This document shows, one piece after another, positions 47,377 through 58,026 of a stretch of DNA of 64,000 nucleotides. Source of the DNA: Calditrichaceae bacterium (GTDB taxonomy: Bacteria; Calditrichota; Calditrichia; Calditrichales; JBFXGD01); contig JBFXLE010000001.1 in the NCBI GenBank assembly GCA_050173015.1, forward strand, positions 1-64,000. Reading direction: 5' to 3'. The position numbers were made by a program, and so were the translations under genes. Each line of letters starts with the position of its first letter. Position 1 is the first letter of the stretch. The notes under the pieces were generated by a model. It did no database searches. It saw only the letters and a list, made by a program, of their open reading frames with translations, and was not told the DNA's origin.

Positions 47377-48132
47377 ATGACAAAAATAAACCAGCTTATT
47401 AAGAATTGGCCCAGGGGAACCGTAATGACCCTCGGCTATTTGAAAGAGAACGGTATTAGCGGTGAATTGGTTAAGCGCTATAAAAATAGCAGCTGGATCG
47501 AATCTGTAGGACGGGGGGCATACAGGCTTACGGGTGATAATGTAACCTGGGAGGGTGCGCTATACACAATACAACAACAGCTCCGATTGACAGCCAGGCC
47601 GGGTGGACGAACAGCGCTGGAACTAAAAGGTTATGGTCACTATTTGTCCGCAGAAACCCGGATGCTATATTTTTTTGGATTGCCGGGTGAATATTTACCG
47701 CAATGGTTTAAAGATTATAATTGGTTATCTGACTATTTATATACGACAACTAATCTATTCCCTCATGAACTTGAATTACCTCTTTCAGAATTCAAATTTA
47801 GAGATTTTAGATTATTGATATCAGGCCCTGAACTGGCAGCATTGGAGATGTTATATCATGTCCCAAAAAATCAGGGTTTTGGAGAAGCGGCGCACATCAC
47901 AGAATCTCTGACAACTTTACGCCCGCAAATCGTTCAGCAATTACTGGAAAATTGTAACTCTATAAAAGTAAAACGGTTATTTCTGTATTTGGCAGAAAAA
48001 CAAAACCATTCATGGCTGAAAGATCTTGAGTTTAGTAAAATTAATTTAGGCATAGGGAAACGTGTGATTGCAAAGAATGGCTTTTTGGACAAGAAATATC
48101 AAATCACAGTGCCAAAGGAAATCCATTATTGA
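47377..48132 (+). CDS. abiEi: Type IV toxin-antitoxin AbiEi family antitoxin
   Basis: KINQL, W....GRGAY, GG.TALEL.G..HY, PE.A.LE, C.SIKVKRLFL. Confidence 0.88.
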   Translation: MTKINQLIKNWPRGTVMTLGYLKENGISGELVKRYKNSSWIESVGRGAYRLTGDNVTWEGALYTIQQQLRLTARPGGRTALELKGYGHYLSAETRMLYFFGLPGEYLPQWFKDYNWLSDYLYTTTNLFPHELELPLSEFKFRDFRLLISGPELAALEMLYHVPKNQGFGEAAHITESLTTLRPQIVQQLLENCNSIKVKRLFLYLAEKQNHSWLKDLEFSKINLGIGKRVIAKNGFLDKKYQITVPKEIHY

Positions 48133-49046
48133 AAGATTCAATCTACTTCCGTCAGGCAAACTTAGTGCTGGATATATTGCCATTATTAGAAGGAGACAAT
48201 CGTTTTGCTATAAAGGGCGGGACTGCCATTAATTTTTTTATACGCTCTTTACCCCGTTTATCAGTGGATATTGATCTGACCTATCTTCCAATTGAGGGCC
48301 GTGATTTAACATTAAATAACATAGATCGGGCGCTTCAGGAACTGGAAGAAAAAATTAGGGGTAAATTCTCTGCGGTGCAAATACACCCAAAATATTCTAA
48401 GGAAAATAAACTTCGGTGTGGTTTAATACTTAGCAGGGAACAGGCAAGAATTAAAATTGAACCAAACCTGATTGTCCGGGGATCGGTTTTCCCCGTTGAA
48501 AAACGGAACCTGGTAGAGAAAGCACAGGATCTGTTTGAAAAAAACGTGAAAATTCAATCATTATCTCACGCAGATTTATATGGAAGTAAATTGTGTGCGG
48601 CATTAGATCGTCAGCATCCAAGGGACTTCTTTGATATAAAACTATTACTTGCCAATGAGGGTATTACCGATTCAATCCACCAGGCATTCATTGTTTATCT
48701 GATAAGTCATAACCGGTCAATGATCGAGTTGCTAAATCCCAATGAAATTGATTTTGACAAAACTTTCGAAATAGAATTTAAAGGAATGACATTTGATGAT
48801 GTCTCACTCAAAGCGCTAAAAGATTTAAGAAGTAAATTGTTTACTTCTATCAGGAGCTCACTTTCAGAAACTGAACGGATGTTTCTAATCTCTTTTAAAG
48901 CCGGTCAACCTGACTGGAAACTCTTGCCTTTAAAAAAAATCGATAAACTTCCCGCGGTTCAGTGGAAGTTGCAAAATATTGCTGCGATGGCTAAACCGAA
49001 GCATGAAGCCGCATTAAACAGATTAAAAGAATTTTTGCAATTGTAG
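48129..49046 (+). CDS. abiEii: AbiEii family nucleotidyltransferase toxin
   Basis: FAIKGGTAIN, PRLSVDIDL, KL.AALDRQHPRDFFD; 4-bp overlap with the antitoxin. Confidence 0.92.
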   Translation: MKDSIYFRQANLVLDILPLLEGDNRFAIKGGTAINFFIRSLPRLSVDIDLTYLPIEGRDLTLNNIDRALQELEEKIRGKFSAVQIHPKYSKENKLRCGLILSREQARIKIEPNLIVRGSVFPVEKRNLVEKAQDLFEKNVKIQSLSHADLYGSKLCAALDRQHPRDFFDIKLLLANEGITDSIHQAFIVYLISHNRSMIELLNPNEIDFDKTFEIEFKGMTFDDVSLKALKDLRSKLFTSIRSSLSETERMFLISFKAGQPDWKLLPLKKIDKLPAVQWKLQNIAAMAKPKHEAALNRLKEFLQL

Positions 49047-49387
49047 ATATTTGTTCAAAATGCGGTCACACAAATTAGATATGATCATTAATTTAACCGA
49101 TCAGGTACAATCCTTATTGTCTCAAGAAGAATTGAAATTAACAATCACTCACCTTTGATAAAGTTTTTTTGTTAAGTATTTCTTTCTGTTTATTATTTCA
49201 GGATATTTCATATTATGTGAAAGCAGGTGATTGAAAATGCAAATCGCTAAGTAGGATTTTCAGTTTCATGCACTCAAAAACGAAGGATTGTTTTTTTTCT
49301 ATCAGAATAAAAACCGTTTGAAAATGGTTCATAGTATCTGAAGTTCTACAAATCTATTTTATCACTTCTTACAATAGGGGAAAAAGA

Positions 49388-50584
49388 GTGTCAACGGAAA
49401 ATACCGATCTGTCATCGCTGCGTATTGATAAATCAAAAAGAGAAAATCACTCCGACGGCCCAAAAACAAAAAAAACGCATCTTTGGATTATCGGAATTTT
49501 GGCTGTTTTGGTCATCATATTATTGTATGGCAAAATTGCGGAATCTCCCTTTTCAGAAGCGGTCGAAGTTCGTTTGGCAAAAGCAAGTATGCAGAGCCCT
49601 GCTCAGTCAGAAGGTGTATTAACCGCCAGCGGTTATGTGGTGGCGCAGCGAAAAGCGGCGGTGGCGTCAAAAGGTACCGGCCGTCTTGTTCATCTTGGGG
49701 TCGTGGAGGGTGACAAGGTCACAAAAAATCAGATTATCGCCCGGCTTGAAGACAATGATATCATGGCTCAGCTAAATCAGGCCAAGGCCACATTAAAACT
49801 GGAACAGGCCGAGCTGAACAATGCCTACGCGGTTTATACGCGGCGGAAATCACTTTACGAATCAGAAGCGGCGTCGAAAGAAACCTATGATGTGGCTGAA
49901 GCCGAGTACCGGCGTGTCCTTGCTCGGATTGATCTTGCAAAAGCGCAGCTTGAAGCGGCGGAGGTAGCGATGGAAAACACATTGATTCGCGCGCCGTTTG
50001 ACGGTACGGTGCTCACCAAGAATGCCGATGTCGGCGAAATTGTGGCGCCGCTGGCCGCGGGTGTGAATTCCAGAGCCGCGGTGGTTACCATCGCGGATAT
50101 GAGTTCATTACAGGTGGAAGCCGATGTTTCCGAATCGAATATTCAAAAAATTACCGCCGGAATGGAATGTGAGATTACGCTGGATGCTTATCCCAATAAG
50201 CGATACGCGGGTTTTGTCGCTAAAATCGTCCCCACCGCTGACCGCGCCAAAGCGACAGTAATGGTGAAGGTGGGATTTAAGGATTATGATACAAGAGTGC
50301 TACCCGAAATGAGCGCGAAAGTATTGTTTTTAAAGAACGGTGTCATTCAAACCGAAGCAAATGAACAGCCTGTTCTTGTGGTACCAAATACCGCGGTCGC
50401 CCTGCGTGATGGGAAGCAGGTCGTGTTCACCGTGAAGGACGAAAAAGCGGTAGAAGTCGCGGTCGTCCCCGGAGAAAAATTCGCGGGCTATTGGGAAATC
50501 AAAGAAGGACTGCGGGATGGTGATCTTGTTATAAATCGCGTTAATGATCAAATTATCAACGGTGTGAAAGTGCTGATACAATAA
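49388..50584 (+). CDS. Efflux periplasmic adaptor (MacA-like membrane fusion protein)
   Basis: Single TM, ASGYVVA, V.EGD.V, IRAPFDG, PEMSAKV. Confidence 0.92.
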   Translation: MSTENTDLSSLRIDKSKRENHSDGPKTKKTHLWIIGILAVLVIILLYGKIAESPFSEAVEVRLAKASMQSPAQSEGVLTASGYVVAQRKAAVASKGTGRLVHLGVVEGDKVTKNQIIARLEDNDIMAQLNQAKATLKLEQAELNNAYAVYTRRKSLYESEAASKETYDVAEAEYRRVLARIDLAKAQLEAAEVAMENTLIRAPFDGTVLTKNADVGEIVAPLAAGVNSRAAVVTIADMSSLQVEADVSESNIQKITAGMECEITLDAYPNKRYAGFVAKIVPTADRAKATVMVKVGFKDYDTRVLPEMSAKVLFLKNGVIQTEANEQPVLVVPNTAVALRDGKQVVFTVKDEKAVEVAVVPGEKFAGYWEIKEGLRDGDLVINRVNDQIINGVKVLIQ

Positions 50585-50599
50585 AATCACGGAGATATT

Positions 50600-51286
50600 A
50601 TGTCTGAGATAATACGAATAAAAAACATTTCCAAATCCTACTGGCGGGATAAGTTTGAAATACCGGTTCTGAATAATATCAGTCTTTCCATCGAAGAAGG
50701 CGATTTTATCGCTTTGATGGGACCGTCGGGATCGGGTAAAACCACTTTGCTGAATTTGATCGCCGGGATTGACCGACCCACCAAAGGTGAGATAGAAGTT
50801 AATGACACGGTGATATCGACCCTGGGTGAATCCAGTCTGGCGAAATGGAGAGCCAGTAATGTGGGATTTATTTTTCAGTTTTACAATCTCATCCCTGTGT
50901 TAACCGCTTTTGAAAATGTGGAATTGCCGCTTCTGCTGACAAAGTTATCAAAGGCGGAACGGAAAAAACATGTGGAAACGGCGTTAACAATCGTCGGTCT
51001 GGGTGACCGGATGAAGCACTATCCGAAGCAGCTTTCCGGTGGGCAGGAACAGCGAGTGGCTATCGCGCGGGCCATTGTTACCGATCCGTTGATTCTGGTG
51101 GCCGATGAGCCGACAGGAGATTTGGACCGCGCCGCGGCGGATGAAATTCTTACCCTGATGGAGCGCCTGAATAAGGAATTCAAAAAAACGATTTTGATTG
51201 TCACCCACGATCCCCATGCCGCGGAACGAGCGAATACCATGCATCATCTGGAAAAGGGTGACCTGATCACATCGAGTAAACATTGA
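50600..51286 (+). CDS. ABC transporter ATP-binding protein (LolD/MacB-like)
   Basis: GPSGSGKT, LSGGQEQRVAIARA, ADEPTG, VTHD. Confidence 0.95.
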   Translation: MSEIIRIKNISKSYWRDKFEIPVLNNISLSIEEGDFIALMGPSGSGKTTLLNLIAGIDRPTKGEIEVNDTVISTLGESSLAKWRASNVGFIFQFYNLIPVLTAFENVELPLLLTKLSKAERKKHVETALTIVGLGDRMKHYPKQLSGGQEQRVAIARAIVTDPLILVADEPTGDLDRAAADEILTLMERLNKEFKKTILIVTHDPHAAERANTMHHLEKGDLITSSKH

Positions 51287-51304
51287 TTTGGGGAAGGAAT
51301 CATC

Positions 51305-52465
51305 ATGAGGGTTTTCAAGCTTATATTTAAAAACGCGTTCCGGCATAAATTAAGAACATTGTTAACCGTCCTTGGTATCAGTATAGCGGTGATCGCGTTT
51401 GGCATATTGCGCACGGTGGTAACGGCCTGGTCGGCAGGTGTTGAAGCATCCGCGGCGGACCGGCTGGTTGTGCGTCATGCTGTTTCATTTATCTTCCCGC
51501 TGCCTTACTCATATAAAGACAAAATCACCAGGATTCCGGAAATTGAATTAGTCTCATACGCAAACTGGTTTGGGGGGACATATATTGATAAAAATCAGTT
51601 TTTTGCCCGCATGGCGGTTGATCACGAAACCTATTTTGACGCCTATCCGGAATTTTTATTGAGCGCGAGCGAATTGGAAATTTTTAAGAAGGAGCGGAAC
51701 GCTTGTGTGGTCGGTAAGGATATTGCCGAAAAATATAATCTGAAGATTGGCGATGTGATGACTATGGACGGGGATATATATCCGGGGCGCTGGGAATTTG
51801 TCGTCAGGGGAATTTATCAGCCGAAATTTAAATCCACCGACGCCACTCAGATGTTATTTCACTGGGATTACCTGAACGAACGCATGGAAAAAGATGATCC
51901 GACTCGGGCCAATGAAGTGGGCTGGTACATTCCAAAAATAAAGAACATTGACGACGCCAGTATCATCAGCGAACAGATTGACAATGAGTTTAAAAACTCG
52001 CCCGCGGAAACAAAAACCGAAACGGAGCGCGCCTTTCAGCAAAGTTTCCTTTCCGCTTCAAGCGCCATTATCACCGCCATGAACGCCATGTCGTTTGTGA
52101 TCGTGGGAATTATCATGCTTGTCCTTGCGAATACCATGATCATGGCCGCCCGGGAAAGAACACGGGAATACGCGGTATTTAAATCGCTTGGATTCTCCGC
52201 GTTTCATCTAACCGGGTTAATATTGGGTGAATCAATGTTAATCTCGGCAATGGGCGGGGGGATCGGACTTTTACTGATATTTCCACTAATAGAAGGACTC
52301 GGGCAAGCGATTCCAAAAGGTTTTTTCCCCGTCTTTCAGATTGAACCCATCACCATGGTTTTGGGGATTGGCGCCGTTCTGCTCATTGGTGTCCTGTCGG
52401 CGATTTTCCCGATACAACGCGCCTTAACGACCCGTATCGTTGATGGCTTCCGGTTTGTCGGTTAA
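51305..52465 (+). CDS. ABC transporter permease (MacB/FtsX-like)
   Basis: RHKLRT.LT, large periplasmic loop, ERTREYAVFKSLGF. Confidence 0.9.
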   Translation: MRVFKLIFKNAFRHKLRTLLTVLGISIAVIAFGILRTVVTAWSAGVEASAADRLVVRHAVSFIFPLPYSYKDKITRIPEIELVSYANWFGGTYIDKNQFFARMAVDHETYFDAYPEFLLSASELEIFKKERNACVVGKDIAEKYNLKIGDVMTMDGDIYPGRWEFVVRGIYQPKFKSTDATQMLFHWDYLNERMEKDDPTRANEVGWYIPKIKNIDDASIISEQIDNEFKNSPAETKTETERAFQQSFLSASSAIITAMNAMSFVIVGIIMLVLANTMIMAARERTREYAVFKSLGFSAFHLTGLILGESMLISAMGGGIGLLLIFPLIEGLGQAIPKGFFPVFQIEPITMVLGIGAVLLIGVLSAIFPIQRALTTRIVDGFRFVG

Positions 52466-52483
52466 CGGTTAAAAGGAATCAAT

Positions 52484-53653
52484 ATGAAAACTCCATTTAT
52501 ATACACCATAAAAAATTTCAAGGCCCGGAAATTAACCACCGCCATTACGGTCGCCGGTATCGCGCTGGTTGTGTTTGTCTTCGCGGCGGTTTTGATGATG
52601 GCTTACGGGGTACAAAAAACGCTGGTCGCCACCGGCAATCCGGATAATGTAACGATCATACGCAAGGCGTCAAATGGTGAAATATCGAGCATCATTGACG
52701 GTGAGACACAAAATGTGATCAGCACTCTGCCGCATATCGCCAGATCGGCAGACGGCAGACCGGTTATCTCAAAGGAACCGGTGGTGGTGATCAATTTAGA
52801 AAAAGCCATCGGCGGATTGAGTAATGTAACCGTTCGGGGTGTTTCGCCGTTATCACCCGTTTTAAATCCGCAGATTCAAATCAAAAAAGGCCGGATGTTT
52901 AATCCGTCGCTTAGAGAATTGATTGTCGGCGAAGCGATATCAAAACGATTTTTGAACGCGCAAATCGGCAAAAAGATTAAATTTGCCGGGAATGAATGGG
53001 AAATTGTCGGTGAGTTTACGACCAACGGCAGTGGATTTGATTCAGAAGTCTGGGGCGATGCCTTACAAATGCAGGATGCGTTCAACCGCGGAAGTTCCGT
53101 CTCATCCGTTACGCTGAAACTCGACAATCCCGCCAACTTTGATCTGTTCAAAAAGGCCTTTGAAGATGAACGGCGTTTACAGGAATTTGAAGCAAAAAAT
53201 CAACAGACCTATTACGAGGAACAATCCGAATTTTTAGCGGGATTTATCAAAGTGATGGGTATTTTCATAACCGTCATATTCAGCATCGGCGCCACGGTGG
53301 GCGCGATGATTACCATGTACGCCGCCGTCGCCAACCGTACGGTTGAAGTGGGCACTCTGAGAGCGCTGGGTTTTCAGCGGCGGAGTATTCTTACGGTGTT
53401 TCTGCTTGAATCGCTGATCATAGCGGTCCTGGGAGGGACTCTCGGCATTCTGCTGGCATCGACACTTCAGTTCTTTTCCATATCCACACTCAATTTTGAT
53501 TCCTTTTCTGAACTGGAATTCCGGTTTGCTCTATCGGCGTCCATTATAAATTCTTCTATGATATTCGCGCTGGTGATGGGATTCTTTGGGGGTTTTCTTC
53601 CGTCTGTCAGGGCGGCGCGGCTGAAAATCGTCGACGCGTTGCGGGCGGTTTAG
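52484..53653 (+). CDS. ABC transporter permease (MacB/FtsX-like)
   Basis: AVANRTVEVGTLRALGF, PSVRAARL. Confidence 0.9.
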   Translation: MKTPFIYTIKNFKARKLTTAITVAGIALVVFVFAAVLMMAYGVQKTLVATGNPDNVTIIRKASNGEISSIIDGETQNVISTLPHIARSADGRPVISKEPVVVINLEKAIGGLSNVTVRGVSPLSPVLNPQIQIKKGRMFNPSLRELIVGEAISKRFLNAQIGKKIKFAGNEWEIVGEFTTNGSGFDSEVWGDALQMQDAFNRGSSVSSVTLKLDNPANFDLFKKAFEDERRLQEFEAKNQQTYYEEQSEFLAGFIKVMGIFITVIFSIGATVGAMITMYAAVANRTVEVGTLRALGFQRRSILTVFLLESLIIAVLGGTLGILLASTLQFFSISTLNFDSFSELEFRFALSASIINSSMIFALVMGFFGGFLPSVRAARLKIVDALRAV

Positions 53654-53654
53654 A

Positions 53655-54285
53655 GGAAGTAAGAAGGTTAAGAAAAAAGAAAAAAGATAAAAGAAAAAAG
53701 AGAAGAGACACCCAGTCAAATTTAACCGCATCGAATAGGATTACTCCAACGACAGTCATCCTGCCCACCGAAGAAAAAAGAGTTAAGATCTTAAGATTCA
53801 ACTATTGTATTGCGGATTTCTTCGGGGCGAATTTTCTGTTCGAGTGGAAGAATGAAAAAAACAGAAATAATTAACACGAGTTAAAATTCGCCAGGGCTTT
53901 TTGCTACTTTTTGGCCATTCAAAAAGTAGGGAGAAGTAGAAAAGTAAGAAGTAAGAAGTAGGAAGTAAGAAGGTTAAGAAAAAAGATAAAAGATAAAAGA
54001 AAAAAGAGAAGAGACTCTGTGCCTGGAGTAGGAAGTAAGAATATAGAGCGTTAAGAGAAAAGAGTTAAGAGTAGGGGAAAGAAAAGTAGGAAGTAGGAAG
54101 TAGGAAGTAAGAAGTAGGAATTTAAGAAAAAAGAAAAAAGAGTAAGAACTTGCTATTTCCCCCTTAGCCAAATCACTACGCACCGGGCATGTCATCCCGG
54201 AGGGATCTTCTGCTTGCTTGGGAAGGATAGAAGTAAGAAGTAGGAAGTAAGAATAAAGAGCGTTAAGAAAAAAGAGATAAGAGTG
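53655..54285 (+). repeat. Purine-rich heptamer repeat tracts (AAGTA(A/G)G, AAAAGAT) interleaved with palindromes
   Basis: Repeated GAAGTAG/GAAGTAA; GGCGAATTTT..AAAATTCGCC and CTACTTTTTG..CAAAAAGTAG inverted repeats. Confidence 0.85.
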
Positions 54286-54416
54286 GGGGCGACCCAATTT
54301 GGACAGCTTTTAGTGTATGGGAATTTTAAATTCCACTTAACAATCGAACTGAGGTTTTAGTCCCTTTACTGCACAAATTTGGAAAACTTCAGGAGATAAT
54401 TCATATACCTTTTCTA

Positions 54417-54812
54417 AATCCCGGAGGGATGGAATCTTTGTAGAACGATTGGCACCATGCGATTCCGCGACCCCATAGGGGTCGTACAATTGCCGTGGAA
54501 CCGCTATTCTACAATAATGTGACGCCTCCGGCGTCAGGCCTTCATGTCATGTCAATCCGATCATTATCATCCAATCCTTTGTTTAGATTAAACCGTCAAT
54601 CCAAATCCCGCAGGGATTACACGTTGATAGAAAAACACACCACCCCATTCTGCGACCCCGTCGGGGTCGGACCATAACCCCGGGATCTCCATTCTACAAA
54701 GCTGTGACGCCTCCGGCGTCGTGTTTTTATCATTTGACCAATATTTATCATTAATCAGGGCTTTCAATGCACCCGTCAATCCCAACCCGGAAGGATTAAA
54801 TCTTAATAGAAA
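54417..54812. repeat. Two full and one partial ~118-bp multi-hairpin REP/MITE-like units
   Basis: AATCCCGNAGGGAT..TAGAA..CGACCCC-N3-GGGGTCG..TTCTACAA..GTGACGCCTCCGGCGTC at 54417 and 54604; partial at 54784. Confidence 0.8.
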
Positions 54813-54898
54813 AATAAACACCCGGTCAATCCGGGGACCGGTGAGATAAACCTGTCACTTTGATTCTTAGATTTTTCGTATTTTTGATATTTTACGAA

Positions 54899-56002
54899 TT
54901 ACTCAAATAATTCAGGTTGTTTTGGGATTGAGTTTTTTAAAAAATAATATTTCTTTTTTTTCACCAGTTTTGAATCAACAAATGGTAAATTTGAAAGCAG
55001 TTGCTGTAAATTTTTTGGATCTGTATCCAATTCCAATTGATCATTTATCGATTTTGCCGACAACTGACCGTTGGAGAGTATCCGTTTTATTTTTTCTTCT
55101 AAATTATTGTCTTCATGTTCAATCCGTTGACCAAACGAATCCACAGGAATAGCGCCCTGCAATATTAACAAATTATTGGCATTTTTTTCAGCAGGATCAG
55201 GTTTACGTATGAATACACGTCTGCCTTTTTTTAAACCATCCGTCGCACCATTCCATGTTCCGCCTTGGCTGTTTGATTCAGCAACATATATGGTATCAGC
55301 TAATCCATATATATACACATTTCTGCTCATCGCCAGGCCAACTGACCACGGGGCTTTGGGATGATATGTACTCACTATTAAAACATCTCCGTCTATTATC
55401 TTTTTATAGTATTTTTTAATACCGCTGCCAAACGTTAAAATACCCTGTGGGAGCACTATGATACTGTGACCTTTATAATCCAGAGTCGCGTCAAGCGCCA
55501 TTTTGTCAACACCTTTTGCAAAGCCACTCACAACTACTTTATAGGTTTCAGCGCATTTCTTTGCTATATTTTTTGTGAATTCAAGGGAAACTTCTGATGC
55601 GTTTCTTGAACCTACAATCGCAACCGAATCTTCATTCAGAAGCTTTACATTCCCTTTTACATACAATAACGGTGGGGAGTCCTTTGTTTTTAAATTATGT
55701 TTTAGAGTTTGAGAATATTCTTTTGAATTTATGGGGATTAGTTGAAAACCCTGGTCCAATAAATTTTCAGCGAGAAAAGAATAGTTTGGCAATTCTGATT
55801 TTACTTTTTGGATGTCAAATATCTGGTTATCTGATAGATTAAATTCCAATTTCATTTCATTTTCATGCAAAGAAAAAAACTCATTTAATGAAAGTTTTTT
55901 ATTATGAAGTATGTCAATTATGAGTTGATTTATATTTCCGTTTCCCCATTTGGTTAAATGGCTTAAAGCCATCCAATATGGGTATTCATTATAATGGTTC
56001 AT
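54899..56002 (-). CDS. DprA/Smf family protein (RqlI-like)
   Basis: PPLLYVKGN, VAIVGSR, VVSGFAKGVD, AMSRN, GGTW; ATGA overlap with the helicase gene. Confidence 0.9.
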   Translation of the reverse strand: MNHYNEYPYWMALSHLTKWGNGNINQLIIDILHNKKLSLNEFFSLHENEMKLEFNLSDNQIFDIQKVKSELPNYSFLAENLLDQGFQLIPINSKEYSQTLKHNLKTKDSPPLLYVKGNVKLLNEDSVAIVGSRNASEVSLEFTKNIAKKCAETYKVVVSGFAKGVDKMALDATLDYKGHSIIVLPQGILTFGSGIKKYYKKIIDGDVLIVSTYHPKAPWSVGLAMSRNVYIYGLADTIYVAESNSQGGTWNGATDGLKKGRRVFIRKPDPAEKNANNLLILQGAIPVDSFGQRIEHEDNNLEEKIKRILSNGQLSAKSINDQLELDTDPKNLQQLLSNLPFVDSKLVKKKKYYFLKNSIPKQPELFE

Positions 56003-58026
56003 GCTATATCGCCGCCTACTGTTTTTGCTATAACCAAAGGTGCAATAAGCGATGCACCCAATTTTGTCAAATATTTTCCAATTTCTCTAATTGTCGCGCC
56101 ACTGTCAAATATATCGTCAATTAATAATATATTTTTACCCGTGACACCCTGAATTGGTTCATATGAAAAAGCACCATTAACATTGTCGCGTTTTAGAACG
56201 GTATTATTAAAAATCTTCTGAGGATTGGTAGCCCGTGTTTTGTTTAAATTATGGGAAATAGGAACATTTAATACTCGTGAAATTTTTTCAGCAAAGTTTT
56301 TTACTAAATCACCCGATTCTGTTGGAGGAACATAAAATATCAGATCAAATTTTATATCCCCAAATTTATGTTGATACGCCCTAAGTGTCAATTTTAATAG
56401 ATAATCCGGGTAATCACCGCCGTTTTCATATTTACAGCGGTGAATTGTAGCGCCAACATTGGAACGACCATAATATGACGCGGCAACACCATTTATGATC
56501 ACGGATGTCTTGGATTCAACCACTAGTCCGGGAAAATATGAATTTTTAAAAGATTCAATTTTTGATAGCCAGTAACTATCCATATTAACCTGATGTATTT
56601 GATTCATGTCGTTATCGCATTTCCCGCAACGTGTTCCATTTGGATCGCCTAAATATGTGCACAAATATTCCATTCTGCAGGATTTTAAACCAACATATTC
56701 ATACATTTGATCAAGTTCGTGAAGTTTAAAATCGCGCAACTCTTCAAATGATTTAGTATTCAATTCAGGCGCGCTAAACTGGTATTCATATTTTTTATTT
56801 TTTCCATACAAAACTTCTTTGATGATCCCCTGATCCAGTAAATCCGCTTTAATGACTCTGATTGGGGTCTGTGGCAGATTGGTTGTTCTCATTAAATCCC
56901 ACTCACCAAGCGGTGCTTCCTTCAATGCATCCAGAACATTATTGTATTTCTTTAATGCGGGTCTGCTGTTTTTAATAAAATGCGTCGGTAGATCTAGATC
57001 CCCGGGGCAAAAAAGAAGAAACAATTGAGTTGGTTTTCCATCCCTGCCGGCGCGTCCAATTTCCTGATAGTAATGGACGGGGGACTGGGGAATTTGGGAA
57101 TGAATGATGAACCGAATGTCTTGCTTGTCAAAACCCATGCCCAACGCGTTTGTCGATACGACACATTTCCAGCGATTTGAATGCAATCCTTCTTCAACTA
57201 TTTGCCTGGAGATTGTATCGAGACCCGCATTATAATTTATTGCTTCTATTTGATTGAATTGTAACCATGCGGATAATGTTTCGGTCGTGACCCGAGTTCC
57301 GGTATATACTAAACCATTTCCGTCAACGCCTGACAGGTATTCGGCCAACCAAACCATTTTCTCATCTTCATTTTTTAAGATAACAACATTGAGAGAAAAA
57401 TTATCACGTAATAAGTTTCCGCGAATTAAGGAAATATTTTCGCCCATCTGGTTCATGATGTCTTTTGCAACAAGATCTGTGGCGGTGGCCGTTGTTGCTA
57501 ATACGGGGAAATTTTGTGGCATTAGTTTTACTAAATTGATTATTCTTCTAAAGGCGGGTCGAAAATCATGGCCCCAAACCGATATACAATGTGCTTCATC
57601 AATAACGACCATTGAAAGATCCATAAAACGAACTGCTTCCAGCCAATCCCGGTTTTCCTGTCTTTCCGGCGCAATATATAAGATTTTTAACCGACCATTT
57701 TTTGCTTCTTCCAATATTCTACTATTCTCATCCTGTCCTTGTTCGCTATTAACACAAGCTGCTTTAACACCAATTGATTTTAGATAATTTACCTGATCCC
57801 GCATGAGAGCTATTAATGGTGAAAAGATTACAGTCAATCCTTTGAATTGTGTGGCGGGAAACTGATAACAAAGTGATTTCCCAAAGCCTGTTTTTTCAAT
57901 CAATAATAATCGTTCACCATTAAATAATTTTGAAATTGTTTCCCATTGGTCATCATAAAACCTATCAAATTTAAAGAGACTTTTTAATCTTCTTTCCGCA
58001 TCCGTTCTTGTCATTTTTCCATCCAT
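55999..58026 (-). CDS. RecQ-family helicase with C-terminal phosphoribosyltransferase domain (RqlH-like)
   Basis: TGFGKSLCY, DEAHCIS.WGHDFRP, TATAT, YYQEIGRAGRDG, Zn Cys cluster; PRPP-loop ILLIDDIFDSGAT. Confidence 0.9.
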   Translation of the reverse strand: MDGKMTRTDAERRLKSLFKFDRFYDDQWETISKLFNGERLLLIEKTGFGKSLCYQFPATQFKGLTVIFSPLIALMRDQVNYLKSIGVKAACVNSEQGQDENSRILEEAKNGRLKILYIAPERQENRDWLEAVRFMDLSMVVIDEAHCISVWGHDFRPAFRRIINLVKLMPQNFPVLATTATATDLVAKDIMNQMGENISLIRGNLLRDNFSLNVVILKNEDEKMVWLAEYLSGVDGNGLVYTGTRVTTETLSAWLQFNQIEAINYNAGLDTISRQIVEEGLHSNRWKCVVSTNALGMGFDKQDIRFIIHSQIPQSPVHYYQEIGRAGRDGKPTQLFLLFCPGDLDLPTHFIKNSRPALKKYNNVLDALKEAPLGEWDLMRTTNLPQTPIRVIKADLLDQGIIKEVLYGKNKKYEYQFSAPELNTKSFEELRDFKLHELDQMYEYVGLKSCRMEYLCTYLGDPNGTRCGKCDNDMNQIHQVNMDSYWLSKIESFKNSYFPGLVVESKTSVIINGVAASYYGRSNVGATIHRCKYENGGDYPDYLLKLTLRAYQHKFGDIKFDLIFYVPPTESGDLVKNFAEKISRVLNVPISHNLNKTRATNPQKIFNNTVLKRDNVNGAFSYEPIQGVTGKNILLIDDIFDSGATIREIGKYLTKLGASLIAPLVIAKTVGGDIA

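Noticed and set aside
54899-56002. Competence dprA locus
   Set aside because: Coupled to a RecQ-PRTase in an AT-rich block with no com genes; fits an RqlI/ShosA-like role better.
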